DNA of 64,000 nt from an uncultured Pelagibacteraceae bacterium (GTDB taxonomy: Bacteria; Pseudomonadota; Alphaproteobacteria; Pelagibacterales; Pelagibacteraceae), in assembly GCA_902628635.1 (NCBI GenBank), contig CACONQ010000004.1, positions 48,082 through 112,081 on the forward strand. Direction: 5' to 3'. The translations under genes and the position numbers were made by a program. Positions 37,747 through 48,086 of this stretch are shown here, piece after piece. Positions within the stretch are counted from its first letter, which is position 1; the number at the start of each line of letters is the position of its first letter. Under the pieces are notes generated by a model. That model searched no databases and had not been told where the DNA came from. It saw only the letters and a list, made by a program, of their open reading frames with translations.

Positions 37747-38777
37747 CTCTCTTTTCCTTTTGTAAGTGAGATTTTTAATTCTTTATTTGTTATATAACCT
37801 TTAACATTACCTTTTTTATCAACTACTTCACAATTTGCATCAGTACAAACAACTTGTGGTAAAAATTCCTCTATAAACTGATCCTCTTGTACTTTTAATA
37901 AGTTAGATTTATCTAAACCATTTATTTTATCGACAGGTGTCATGATAACTTTTGCCTTAATGACCTTTGCTCGATTAACATCTTTGACGAATGCTGCCAC
38001 ATATTCATCTGCTGGATTCATAATTATATCAACTGGACTCCCAACTTGAACAAGTTTTCCAGCGTTAAGAATTCCAATATGATCACCTAGCCTGAGAGAC
38101 TCATCTAAATCATGAGTAATAAAAACAATTGTTTTTTTAAGTTGGTCTTGTAAGTCTAAAAGTTGCTTCTGCATATCGCTTCTAATTAAAGGGTCTAAGG
38201 CAGAAAATGCTTCATCCATTAACATAATATCAGTATCTGTTGCTAACGCTCTAGCCAAGCCAACTCTTTGCTGCATTCCTCCAGATAATTGATTTGGATA
38301 TTGATTCTCGAAACCACTTAATCCAACTGCTTCAATTTTATTCATACAAATTTTTTTTCTTTCCTCATCACTAATACCTTGTATCTCTAAGCCATAACCG
38401 ACATTTTGAATTACAGTTTTATGAGGAAATAATCCAAATCTTTGAAAAACCATGCTCATTTTGTGTCTTCTAAATTCAATTAGCTTTTGTTGGCTTAAAG
38501 TCATTACATCAGTACCCTCAACTAAAATTTCACCCTCAGTTGGATCAATTAATCTATTTAAATGTCTAATTAGAGTAGATTTACCAGAGCCAGATAAACC
38601 CATACAAACAAATATTTCGCCTTCCTCAATCTTCATCGAAACATTATCCAAACCAACAGTATGACCAGTTTTTTCTAAAATTTCCTCTTTTGATGATCCT
38701 TCTTTAACCATTGGTAGGACCGACTTTGGATTACTCCCAAAAATTTTATAAACATTATTAATTTCAATCTTCGACAT
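37743..38777 (-). CDS. proV: Glycine betaine/proline-type ABC transporter ATP-binding subunit (ProV/OpuAA family)
   Basis: MGLSGSGKST, LSGGMQQRVGLARAL, MDEAFSALDPLIR, FITHDLDE; start set to ATG 38777 (MSKIEI). Confidence 0.92.
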   Translation of the reverse strand: MSKIEINNVYKIFGSNPKSVLPMVKEGSSKEEILEKTGHTVGLDNVSMKIEEGEIFVCMGLSGSGKSTLIRHLNRLIDPTEGEILVEGTDVMTLSQQKLIEFRRHKMSMVFQRFGLFPHKTVIQNVGYGLEIQGISDEERKKICMNKIEAVGLSGFENQYPNQLSGGMQQRVGLARALATDTDIMLMDEAFSALDPLIRSDMQKQLLDLQDQLKKTIVFITHDLDESLRLGDHIGILNAGKLVQVGSPVDIIMNPADEYVAAFVKDVNRAKVIKAKVIMTPVDKINGLDKSNLLKVQEDQFIEEFLPQVVCTDANCEVVDKKGNVKGYITNKELKISLTKGKES

Positions 38778-38893
38778 TTTCTCACAATATTTAACAGCTT
38801 GAGGAGAGTGATACAAAATAAATAAATACAACTTTTAATTGAAATATAATTTTTTCAATTTATTTTAGTTGAAAATATAATAATTTTACAAAC

Positions 38894-39625
38894 ATGAGTG
38901 ATAAAGATTTTAATGTTAGATGTGAATTAGCTGCTCTTTACAGAATTCTTCACATGTACGGCATGACCGATCTTGCTAATCAATGTGCCGGTGCTCGTTC
39001 AATTGAAAATAAAGATAACTCTTTTGTTCATCCTTATGGAATGTTTTATGAGGAAATAACAGCGTCATCACTTGTTAAAATTAATAAAGAGGGCAAAGCA
39101 ATTGAAAATGATAATCCCTGGCTTAACGATGGATGTAATAATCTTGCAAAATGGATATTCAATGCAAGACAGGATGTTAATTTTTATGTTCATGGACATG
39201 CAAACGATGTAATGGCAGTTGGTGGAACTAAAGAGGGGTTAATGTATTTATCGCAAGCTGCAGTTTATCTTAATCATCTAATTGGATATGTAGACTATGA
39301 ATTCGTAGAGGATAAAGATTATGGAACCAAATTTATGTCTTTAATTAAGCAACACGATATTTTAATTACTAGAAATCATGGATATTATACTGTTGGCAAA
39401 ACTGCATCTGAAGCTTTTTTTAGGGCATATTATTTAGAGCAAGCCTGTACAGTTCAGGTAAAAAATTTATCAATGGGATTAAAAGTACACGAAATTGACA
39501 AGCAAAAGGCAGCCTTCTTTTGGGAGAATATGGACAAATCTGATGATTATAATTATGATGGTAAAACAGAATGGGCTGCACTTTTAAGAAAACTAGATAG
39601 AGAGAAATCAAACTATAAAACTTAA
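38894..39625 (+). CDS. Class II aldolase/adducin family protein
   Basis: RCELAALYR, YEEITASSLVK, VHGH and RNHG metal histidines, LEQAC. Confidence 0.85.
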   Translation: MSDKDFNVRCELAALYRILHMYGMTDLANQCAGARSIENKDNSFVHPYGMFYEEITASSLVKINKEGKAIENDNPWLNDGCNNLAKWIFNARQDVNFYVHGHANDVMAVGGTKEGLMYLSQAAVYLNHLIGYVDYEFVEDKDYGTKFMSLIKQHDILITRNHGYYTVGKTASEAFFRAYYLEQACTVQVKNLSMGLKVHEIDKQKAAFFWENMDKSDDYNYDGKTEWAALLRKLDREKSNYKT

Positions 39626-40773
39626 TGCAAAATTTTACTATAAAAAATATTACAAAAAACTCAAATTGCCTTGAAGTTCTTTGGGATGATGGAAAAAAAA
39701 GTAAATTTAATTACATGTGGTTAAGAGATAATTGCCCCACAGCTCATGATAAAGATTCACGACATAGAATGTTTAATATCTTAAAGGTATCAAACCAAAT
39801 TAATCCTAAGAAATACTCTATTAATAGTTCAGGTAAATTAGAAATTGAATGGAGTGAGGGAAATCATACAAGCTATTACGATCAAAACTGGCTTAGAGAA
39901 AATTGCTATACTATTAAAAATAATTCTCAATATATTTCACCATATAAACTGTGGGATAATTCCCTTCAACAAAATCTTAAATCAATAGAGATTGAGCATG
40001 ATGAGATAATGAATTCTGAGGCTGGTTTAGTAAAATGGTTAGAACTCCTTCATCATACTGGTATTGCAATTGTTAAAAATGCGCCTGTTGAAAAAAAATC
40101 AGGTTTTAAAATATTAAATAGGATAAGCCACACACGAGAAACTTTTTTCAAAACACCATTTGAGGTCATTAATATTCCAAAACCAAATAACTCTGCTTAT
40201 ACAGCTCATGCACTAAGAAACCATATGGATTTACCATGGTTTGAAACCCCTCCGGGTTACCAGTTCTTACATTGTTTAATAAATTCAGCAGAGGGTGGAG
40301 AGTCTTCAGCGGTTGATGGTTTTGCAGTCGCTGATTATCTTAGAAAAAATGAAAAAGATATATTTGATACTTTAATAAATGTTCATCTAAAGTTTAGAGA
40401 TATGGATTACACGCAAGAAGCAGTCAGAAGTTATTATGCTCCTGCTGTATCACTCACTAAAGATAAGGATTATCATGATATTAGATTTAGTGTTGCAACG
40501 ATGGATGCATTAGATTGTCATCCAGATTTGATGGATAAAGTTTATAAAGCACATCATAGATTTGGTAATCTTTTGCACGATGATAAGTTTCAAATAAAGT
40601 TTAGGCTAGAACCAGGAGATATTTTTTCTTTCAATAATAGACGATTGTTACATGGAAGAACTGAATATGACCCAAATTCTGGTCATCGACATTTACAGGG
40701 ATATTATATGGATAGAGATGAAATTATCGGAAGACTAAAATATTTAAAAAATAAATCTAATTCCAACCAGTAA
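39625..40773 (+). CDS. Gamma-butyrobetaine hydroxylase/trimethyllysine dioxygenase-like (TauD family)
   Basis: WLRDNC N-domain, AYT...HMDLP, PGYQFLHC, VDGF, FNNRRLLHGR, RHLQGYY. Confidence 0.88.
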   Translation: MQNFTIKNITKNSNCLEVLWDDGKKSKFNYMWLRDNCPTAHDKDSRHRMFNILKVSNQINPKKYSINSSGKLEIEWSEGNHTSYYDQNWLRENCYTIKNNSQYISPYKLWDNSLQQNLKSIEIEHDEIMNSEAGLVKWLELLHHTGIAIVKNAPVEKKSGFKILNRISHTRETFFKTPFEVINIPKPNNSAYTAHALRNHMDLPWFETPPGYQFLHCLINSAEGGESSAVDGFAVADYLRKNEKDIFDTLINVHLKFRDMDYTQEAVRSYYAPAVSLTKDKDYHDIRFSVATMDALDCHPDLMDKVYKAHHRFGNLLHDDKFQIKFRLEPGDIFSFNNRRLLHGRTEYDPNSGHRHLQGYYMDRDEIIGRLKYLKNKSNSNQ

Positions 40774-42187
40774 CTGTTTTTACTTCTAAAAACTCCTCAA
40801 GACCCCAAACGCCTCCCTCTCGACCATTTCCAGATTGTTTGTATCCACCAAAAGGTGTACCAGCATCAGCGCTTTTACCGTTTATATAAACACAGCCAGA
40901 TCTTAATTTTTTTGCAACTCTTTTTGCTTTTTCTTTATCTTCAGTTTGTAAGTAGTTTCCTAAACCATAACAGGTATCATTTACAATTTTAATAGCCTCA
41001 TCTTCAGTATCAAATGGAATAATTGACAACACAGGACCAAAAATTTCTTCTTTTGCAATTGTCATTTCATTTGTAACATCAGTGAATATAGTTGGTTTTA
41101 TAAAATAGCCTTTATTTAACCCATTGGGTAATTCGGGCCCACCTGCTGAAAGTGTTGCACCTTCCTCAATGCCACTTTTAATTAATTTAATAATTTTATC
41201 GTATTGAATTTTAGATACCACAGGTCCAATGTGATCTCCCTTTTTTGAAGCTAAATCTACTTTGATTTTATTTGCTTCATCAATTGCTTCATCAACAGCT
41301 TTTTTGTAAATAGATTTTTCTACTAACATTCTTGTAGGAGCATCACATGATTGACCAGAGTTACTCATTACATTTCTAATTCCATCCCGCACAGCGTTTG
41401 GATATGCATCTGCAAAAACTATATTGCCTCCTTTTCCACCAAGCTCTAAACAAACCTTTTTAATAGTATCAGCTGCATTCTTTGAAATAAGTCTCCCGGC
41501 TCTTGTAGAACCAGTAAATGAAATCATATCTACATCTGGATGACCAGATAATTGAGTTCCTACTCCAGCACCATCTCCATTAATTAAGTTAAATACACCT
41601 TTTGGAAATTTAGCCTCGTCAATCATTTCTGCGAACACCATTGCTGATAAAGGGGATATTTCAGAGGGCTTAAGTATCATTGTACAACCTGTTGCAAGAG
41701 CTGGAATTACTTTGAGCGCAATTTGGTTTATTGGCCAGTTCCAAGGTGTTATTAATCCACAAACACCTATTGGCTCATAACAAATATGGTTGTTTGATTT
41801 TTTATCAAATTGCTTGTCAAAATTAAAATTTTTTAATCTTAAAATAAAGTCTTCAAGATGTGCTTGACCAGATGCAGTTTGAACGTCTTTTGCCCAATCA
41901 ATTGGAGCGCCCATCTCAGTCGATATAGCCTCAGACATAATATCAAATTTTTTTTTATAAATCGTTAGCAATGTCTCAAGTAAATTAATCTTTTTATCTT
42001 TTGGTACATCTCTCCAGCTTTCGAATGCTTTTTTCGCAGCTACAACTGCTTTATCAACATCTTCTTTTGATCCTAAAGAAATTTTTGCAAAACACTCCTC
42101 ATTCGATGGATTGATAACTTCAAAATCATTATTTTTATTTGGGTCAATCCATTTACCATCAATATAAAATTTTTTTTTGTCTAACAT
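40757..42187 (-). CDS. NAD-dependent aldehyde dehydrogenase
   Basis: ITPWNWP, LKPSE, FTGSTRAG, LELGGK, SGQSC, EEIFGPV. Confidence 0.95.
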   Translation of the reverse strand: MLDKKKFYIDGKWIDPNKNNDFEVINPSNEECFAKISLGSKEDVDKAVVAAKKAFESWRDVPKDKKINLLETLLTIYKKKFDIMSEAISTEMGAPIDWAKDVQTASGQAHLEDFILRLKNFNFDKQFDKKSNNHICYEPIGVCGLITPWNWPINQIALKVIPALATGCTMILKPSEISPLSAMVFAEMIDEAKFPKGVFNLINGDGAGVGTQLSGHPDVDMISFTGSTRAGRLISKNAADTIKKVCLELGGKGGNIVFADAYPNAVRDGIRNVMSNSGQSCDAPTRMLVEKSIYKKAVDEAIDEANKIKVDLASKKGDHIGPVVSKIQYDKIIKLIKSGIEEGATLSAGGPELPNGLNKGYFIKPTIFTDVTNEMTIAKEEIFGPVLSIIPFDTEDEAIKIVNDTCYGLGNYLQTEDKEKAKRVAKKLRSGCVYINGKSADAGTPFGGYKQSGNGREGGVWGLEEFLEVKTVTGWN

Positions 42188-42195
42188 ATTAGTTT

Positions 42196-43137
42196 TTATA
42201 TTTCGTAACCTTTTTCTTCTTTTTCATCATCAATTAGTTCTTCAGGAAAATTTGATGCTCTAAAATCAATACCTAATTTATCCTCAAATCTCTTAACAAC
42301 CATAGAAGACCAAGCTCTAGAACCATATTTTTTTTTTGCATCTTTAAAAATATTCAGTACCAAAGGTGAAATTTCTAAATTTGTCTCTAATTTTTTTGCC
42401 AATTCATTAAATAGGCCAACATCCTTTTCAACTAAATCCATTGTAAAGTTTATATTGTATGATCCATTTAAAATAACTTGGCTTTCTGTTTCATGTACAA
42501 AAGAATTTCCTGATGATACTGCAATACCTTTGAAGGTTTTGGAGAGATCTAATTTTGATTTCTTTGCAACCGCCCATGCTTCTCCCAATGCAGCTAAATG
42601 AGTAGAAGCAAGATAATTTGTTATTACTTTAAGTATAGAAGCGCTTCCTAACGCCCCTGTGTGAAGTATTTTTCTCCCCATTGATGAAAGAGCAGGTAAA
42701 ATTTTTTCAAAAGCTTTTCTTTCTCCACCCACAAAAATCGCAATATTTCCTGTTGCTGCTCTATGGCACCCACCACTCACTGGACCATCAAGGGGTATTC
42801 CTCCTTTTTCTGATACTAGTTTTCCCATTCTCTTGACTTCAGACTCATCTGTAGTGCTCATTTCCAGCCAAATTTTGTCTTTACTTATACCCTTAAGAAT
42901 ACCATTTGGCCCTTCCATTACATCCTTACATATTTTTGGCGAAGGTAGGCAAGTAATTATTAAATCAACTCCTTCAGTAAGCTCTCTGGAGTTTTCAGCT
43001 ATTTTTGCCCCCTTTTTTTTGAATTCATCAGTCAAATTTTTATCTACATCCCTAACCGTTAGGTCAAATTTATTTCTCAATAAACTACCAGCTAATTTGC
43101 CACCGACATTTCCCAATCCAATAAAGCCGATTTTCAT
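42196..43137 (-). CDS. 3-hydroxyisobutyrate/beta-hydroxyacid dehydrogenase family
   Basis: GFIGLGNVG, EMSTT, DGPVSGG, catalytic Lys in LKVITN. Confidence 0.88.
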   Translation of the reverse strand: MKIGFIGLGNVGGKLAGSLLRNKFDLTVRDVDKNLTDEFKKKGAKIAENSRELTEGVDLIITCLPSPKICKDVMEGPNGILKGISKDKIWLEMSTTDESEVKRMGKLVSEKGGIPLDGPVSGGCHRAATGNIAIFVGGERKAFEKILPALSSMGRKILHTGALGSASILKVITNYLASTHLAALGEAWAVAKKSKLDLSKTFKGIAVSSGNSFVHETESQVILNGSYNINFTMDLVEKDVGLFNELAKKLETNLEISPLVLNIFKDAKKKYGSRAWSSMVVKRFEDKLGIDFRASNFPEELIDDEKEEKGYEI

Positions 43138-43195
43138 GTGCGTCCTAATTAGTAAATTAATAATTTTTTAAACATGATATAATTTTCTAATTAAA

Positions 43196-43678
43196 ATGTA
43201 TTTAAATAAAATTAAAACAACAATAAGCTTTTTTTTAATATTATCGGTCATTTCAATAAACAAATTTGCTTTTGCTGAGATAATAAAGCCAAATAATGGC
43301 ATTGAACCTCTTCAAGTTGTTAAAATTCAATTAAGAGGATTAAAGAATAATAGCAAAGAATATAAAGATGATGGTATCGAGCAGACTTGGGCATTTGCAC
43401 ACCCAGATAACCAAAGATACACAGGACCCCTTGAGAAATTTAAAATTATGCTAAAAGGTGAGGCGTACTCCATGTTGCTAAATCATAAAGAACATAACAT
43501 TAAAGAAATTTTTTCATCAGAGGATGTTGCAACTTTTGAGGTAATTATTTTAAATGCCGAAAAAGAATATTTTAAATTTAAATGGCAAGTTGAAAAATTT
43601 AATCAGGAAGGACCACTAAAGGACTGTTGGTTAACAACTGCTGTATCTTCACCAATATCTATGGGGTCATCAATCTAA
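43196..43678 (+). CDS. Exported hypothetical protein (DUF4864-like)
   Basis: Signal peptide; PLQVVKIQL...WAFAHP...CWLT pattern. Confidence 0.6.
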   Translation: MYLNKIKTTISFFLILSVISINKFAFAEIIKPNNGIEPLQVVKIQLRGLKNNSKEYKDDGIEQTWAFAHPDNQRYTGPLEKFKIMLKGEAYSMLLNHKEHNIKEIFSSEDVATFEVIILNAEKEYFKFKWQVEKFNQEGPLKDCWLTTAVSSPISMGSSI

Positions 43679-43884
43679 TGCCAAAATTACCTGATTATAT
43701 AAGAGTAGCAATTTTAATGGGAATTTTATGTATTCCACCCATTGCAGCAACCCAAATTGGTTGGTTTCTTTGGGGTAAAGAAGCGGGTATTAATTGTGGT
43801 ATGGTTGTTGGAGTAATAAGTGTGACTATCGCAGCATACCTAATGTACCAGAAGGGTTGGAGAGATTCTGATGATGATTATTAA
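43678..43884 (+). CDS. Small two-helix membrane protein (68 aa)
   Basis: ATG 43678 overlaps the upstream TAA; two hydrophobic segments, acidic tail. Confidence 0.65.
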   Translation: MPKLPDYIRVAILMGILCIPPIAATQIGWFLWGKEAGINCGMVVGVISVTIAAYLMYQKGWRDSDDDY

Positions 43885-43927
43885 ATTTATGTTTCGTTAA
43901 GATGAGAAATTTAGTAGGAATCCAAAT

Positions 43928-46360
43928 ATGAAATCAAAAGCTAAAGTAGTTATAGTTGGTGGAGGAGTAGTTGGAGTAAGCGCGCTTTATCACTTAGCAA
44001 AAAAAGGATGGTCTGACGTTGTTTTAGTTGAAAGAAAAGAACTAACATCTGGATCAACTTGGCATGCTGCCGGACTTTTGCCACTGTTTAATATGAGTTA
44101 TTCAGTAGGACAACTTCATAAATACGCAGTCAATCTTTATAAAACATTAGAAAAAGAAACAGGAAAAAATGTTGGATTCAGTGTTGTATCAAATATTAGA
44201 TTAGCAAGCACTAAAGATAGAATGGATGAATATCACCAGTATGCAGGGGTTGCGCAAACAATTGGAGTCGATGTTAAATTCTTAACACCTGACCAAGTAA
44301 AAGAAATTTGGCCATTATGTAATACTTCAGATCTAGTTGGTGCAATTCAACACCCAGAGGATGGTTACATTCAACCTGCTGATCTTACTCAAGCTTTAGC
44401 AACAGGCGCAAGAAATAGAGGCGCAGAAATTTATAGAAATACAAATGTAGTCGGAATTAAACAAACAAAAGATGGATGGGTTGTTGAAACTGATAAAGGT
44501 TCTATCGAGTGCGAACATGTGATGTCATGTTCTGGTAATTTTGCAAGACAAACTGGTAAGATGGTTGGATTAGATATTCCTGTTATTCCAGTTGAACATC
44601 AATACATCGTGACTGAACCGCATCCAGAAATACAAAAAAGAAAAAAACAAGGACTTCCAGAGATGGGAGTTTTAAGAGACAGTGATAGTAGATGGTACAT
44701 GAGAGAGGAAGCTGGAGGTTTGATTTTAGGACCTTATGAAGATGGTGCTCCATGTTGTTATGTAGACGGACCATCAAAAGACTCTGAGTATGAATTATTT
44801 CAAGAAGATCTTGATAGACTTGCTCCTCACATTGAAGGCGCAATTCACCGAGTACCTGCATTTGGAGAAGTTGGTGTAAAGAAAGTTTATAATGGTGCTA
44901 TATGCTATACACCAGATGGTAATCCAATAGTTGGTCCAGCTTGGGGATTAAAAAATTTTTGGATTAATGAGGGACATAGTTTTGGAATTACAGCAGCTGG
45001 TGGTGCAGGTTGGCAATTAGCAGAATGGATTGTTGATGGAGAACCAACTATTGATATGTTAGGCGTTGAGCCAAGAAGATATGGAGACTATTGTTCAAAA
45101 TCATATCTTAAAGAAAAAAATGAAGAAGCATATAGAAATGTATTTATAATTCATTATCCAGATGAGGAAAGAGGAGCTGCAAGACCATTAAGAACAGCAC
45201 CATGTTACGATAGAATGAAAAATTTAGGAGCTGTGTTTGGACAAAAATTTGGATGGGAGAGACCAAATTTTTTTGCAACTGATGGGATGAAACAAGAGGA
45301 CGATTGGTCTTTTAGAAGATCAAAATGGTTTGAAGCTATAAAAAAAGAATGCAAGAACGTGAAAGAAAATGTTGGATTGCTAGACATGACAGCTTTTGCA
45401 AAATGTAGAATCAAAGGTCCTAAAGCAGAAGAATTTTTAGATAAATTAGTCGCCAACAAACTTCCAAAAAAAGTTGGAAGAATAAATTTGTGTCATGCTT
45501 TAAATACGAAAGGTGGTGTACACTCTGAATTTACTATAATGCGAGAAGCAGAGGATAGCTTTTACTTGGTTTCGGCAGGTGCTTTTCAAAGATTAGATCA
45601 TGATTGGATATTAAAATGGATGCCAAGCGATGGCTCAGTACAATTTGAAAATTTAACAAATAGCAAGGGTGTATTAGTTGTCTCTGGGCCAAAAGCTAGA
45701 GAATTGATGCAAAGAGTTTCAAAAGATGATTTTTCAAATGAAAATTTTAAATGGTTAAGTGCTAAAAATGTGGATATTGGTCAGGCACCTGTAAACGCAA
45801 TGAGAGTTAACTTTGTTGGAGAACTTGGTTGGGAGCTCCATCATGGCATAGAATATCAAAACCATATTTTTGATAAATTAATGGAGGCAGGCAAAGATTT
45901 AAATCTAAAGCCATTTGGAATACGAGCGATGAATAGTTTAAGAGTAGAAAAATCTTACAAACTAGTTGGAACAGAATTATCAATTGAATACTCTCCTTAT
46001 GAGAGCGGACTTGATAGATTCATTCACCCAAATAAAGGAAACTTTATAGGTCTTGATGCGCTTAATAAATGGAGAGAAAAAGGATTTAATAATAAATTAA
46101 TAACACTTGAAGTTCATAACACAACAGATGCTGATGTTTTAGGAAATAATCCTATTTATGAAAATGGATCAGTCATAGGAAGAGCAACTGGTGGTGATTT
46201 TGGTTTTAGATTAGGAAAATCTATCGCATTAGGTATGGTTAAACCAGAGTTGGCTAACGTTGGACAAAAATTAAAAATTGATATACTTGGTAAGATGCAT
46301 GAGGCAACAATCTTAGAGGAAAGTCCTTATGATCCTGAAAATAATTTATTGAGAGCTTAA
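43928..46360 (+). CDS. Dimethylglycine dehydrogenase-like flavoprotein with GcvT domain (paralog 2)
   Basis: [38 protein letters not shown]; coupled to etfB. Confidence 0.92.
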   Translation: MKSKAKVVIVGGGVVGVSALYHLAKKGWSDVVLVERKELTSGSTWHAAGLLPLFNMSYSVGQLHKYAVNLYKTLEKETGKNVGFSVVSNIRLASTKDRMDEYHQYAGVAQTIGVDVKFLTPDQVKEIWPLCNTSDLVGAIQHPEDGYIQPADLTQALATGARNRGAEIYRNTNVVGIKQTKDGWVVETDKGSIECEHVMSCSGNFARQTGKMVGLDIPVIPVEHQYIVTEPHPEIQKRKKQGLPEMGVLRDSDSRWYMREEAGGLILGPYEDGAPCCYVDGPSKDSEYELFQEDLDRLAPHIEGAIHRVPAFGEVGVKKVYNGAICYTPDGNPIVGPAWGLKNFWINEGHSFGITAAGGAGWQLAEWIVDGEPTIDMLGVEPRRYGDYCSKSYLKEKNEEAYRNVFIIHYPDEERGAARPLRTAPCYDRMKNLGAVFGQKFGWERPNFFATDGMKQEDDWSFRRSKWFEAIKKECKNVKENVGLLDMTAFAKCRIKGPKAEEFLDKLVANKLPKKVGRINLCHALNTKGGVHSEFTIMREAEDSFYLVSAGAFQRLDHDWILKWMPSDGSVQFENLTNSKGVLVVSGPKARELMQRVSKDDFSNENFKWLSAKNVDIGQAPVNAMRVNFVGELGWELHHGIEYQNHIFDKLMEAGKDLNLKPFGIRAMNSLRVEKSYKLVGTELSIEYSPYESGLDRFIHPNKGNFIGLDALNKWREKGFNNKLITLEVHNTTDADVLGNNPIYENGSVIGRATGGDFGFRLGKSIALGMVKPELANVGQKLKIDILGKMHEATILEESPYDPENNLLRA

Positions 46361-47109
46361 TGAAAATATTAGTCGCTGTAAAAAGAGTTATTGATTACAA
46401 TGTACAAGTAAGAGTAAAAGAGGATGGTACTGGTGTTGTCACTGATAACGTAAAAATGTCAACTAATCCGCCTGATGATAATGCTGTAGAAGAAGCTGTC
46501 AAAATTAAAGAGTCTGGTAAAGCAACCGAGGTAATTGCTATTACAATTGGCGAAGAGAAAGCTCAAGAAACTGTAAGAAAAGCTTTAGCGGTAGGAGCAG
46601 ATAGAGGAATTCATGTTAAAGCTGATGGAATTTTGGAGCCTTTAGCGGTATCAAAAATTTTACAGAAAGTTGTTGAGAAAGAAAAACCAGATTTAGTATT
46701 CATGGGCAAACAAGCTATTGATGATGACTGTAATCAGACAGGTCAAATGCTAGCAGCTTTATTAAATTGGCCACAAGCTACTTTTGCGTCAAAAATTGAG
46801 GTAAAAGACAAATCTCTAGATGTAACTAGAGAAGTGGACGAGGGATTAGAGACTATATCAGTTAATGTACCAGCAATTGTTACTTGCGATTTAAGGTTAA
46901 ATGAACCTAGATACGCGTCTTTACCAAATATAATGAAGGCTAAAAAGAAGCCTCTTGAGCAATTAAGTGCTACAGATTTAGGCATTGATACTAAGCCAAG
47001 AATCGAGCAGATTAAGGTTGAAGAACCTCCTAAAAGAAAAGCAGGTATTAAAGTAGGAAGTGTTGCGGAGTTAGTACAAAAACTTAAAAATGAGGCAAAA
47101 GTAATTTAA
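46360..47109 (+). CDS. etfB: Electron transfer flavoprotein beta subunit
   Basis: [39 protein letters not shown]. Confidence 0.97.
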   Translation: MKILVAVKRVIDYNVQVRVKEDGTGVVTDNVKMSTNPPDDNAVEEAVKIKESGKATEVIAITIGEEKAQETVRKALAVGADRGIHVKADGILEPLAVSKILQKVVEKEKPDLVFMGKQAIDDDCNQTGQMLAALLNWPQATFASKIEVKDKSLDVTREVDEGLETISVNVPAIVTCDLRLNEPRYASLPNIMKAKKKPLEQLSATDLGIDTKPRIEQIKVEEPPKRKAGIKVGSVAELVQKLKNEAKVI

Positions 47110-48062
47110 TGTCAGTTTTATTAATAGCAGAACATAATAATAAAGAGTTAAAACCTTTTACTCTAAATGCGATTACAGCTGCTTCTCAAATAGATCAAGA
47201 TTTACATGTATTAGTGATAGGTCACAATTCCGACGGTGCTGCAAAAGCTGCTTCAGCGGTTCCATTAGTTAAAAAAGTAATTCAAATTGAAAATCCCATT
47301 TATGAAAATTATTTAGCTGAAAATTTTACTCCAGTAATTATAAAACATGCTGAAAACTATTCTCATATAGTCTGTTCAGCTAATACGTTTGGTAAAAATT
47401 TAATGCCGAGAATTGCTGCTTTAATGGATTGTTCACAAGTAAGTGATATAATTAAAGTAATTTCTCCAGATACTTTTTTAAGACCAATTTATGCAGGAAA
47501 TGCTTTTGCTACAGTAAAAAGTAATGATAAAAAAAAATGTGTAACTATAAGACCGACATCTTTTGATGCTGCACCATCTGACGGTGGATCAGCAGAAATA
47601 GTAAAAGGTGATGGAGCTGATGAATTTACTTTGACTAAATTTGTTAAAAAAGAGGAAGTTAAATCTGATAGACCAGAGCTTGGAACTGCAAGAATTGTAA
47701 TTTCTGGTGGTAGAGGTATGCAGAGCGGTGACAATTTTAAATTAATCACTGCAATAGCAGATAAGTTAAACGCTGCAATTGGTGCCTCAAGAGCTGCAGT
47801 TGATGCTGGCTATATTACAAACGATCATCAAGTGGGACAAACGGGAAAAGTTGTTGTCCCAGATCTTTATATTGCAGTAGGTATATCAGGTGCTATTCAA
47901 CATCTAGCAGGAATGAAAGAAAGCAAGGTCATTGTTGCAATTAATAAGGATGGAGAAGCGCCAATATTTAGCGTAGCAGATTATGGACTTGAGGCAGATT
48001 TGTTCGAAGCATTACCGCAATTTTTAGAAGAATTGAACAAATTAAACACTATACAAAAATAA
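47109..48062 (+). CDS. etfA: Electron transfer flavoprotein alpha subunit
   Basis: RPIYAGNA, SGGRG, GASRAAVDAG, QVGQTGK, GISGAIQHLAG. Confidence 0.97.
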   Translation: MSVLLIAEHNNKELKPFTLNAITAASQIDQDLHVLVIGHNSDGAAKAASAVPLVKKVIQIENPIYENYLAENFTPVIIKHAENYSHIVCSANTFGKNLMPRIAALMDCSQVSDIIKVISPDTFLRPIYAGNAFATVKSNDKKKCVTIRPTSFDAAPSDGGSAEIVKGDGADEFTLTKFVKKEEVKSDRPELGTARIVISGGRGMQSGDNFKLITAIADKLNAAIGASRAAVDAGYITNDHQVGQTGKVVVPDLYIAVGISGAIQHLAGMKESKVIVAINKDGEAPIFSVADYGLEADLFEALPQFLEELNKLNTIQK

Positions 48063-48086
48063 CAGATATTGTAAAAAAATACCATT

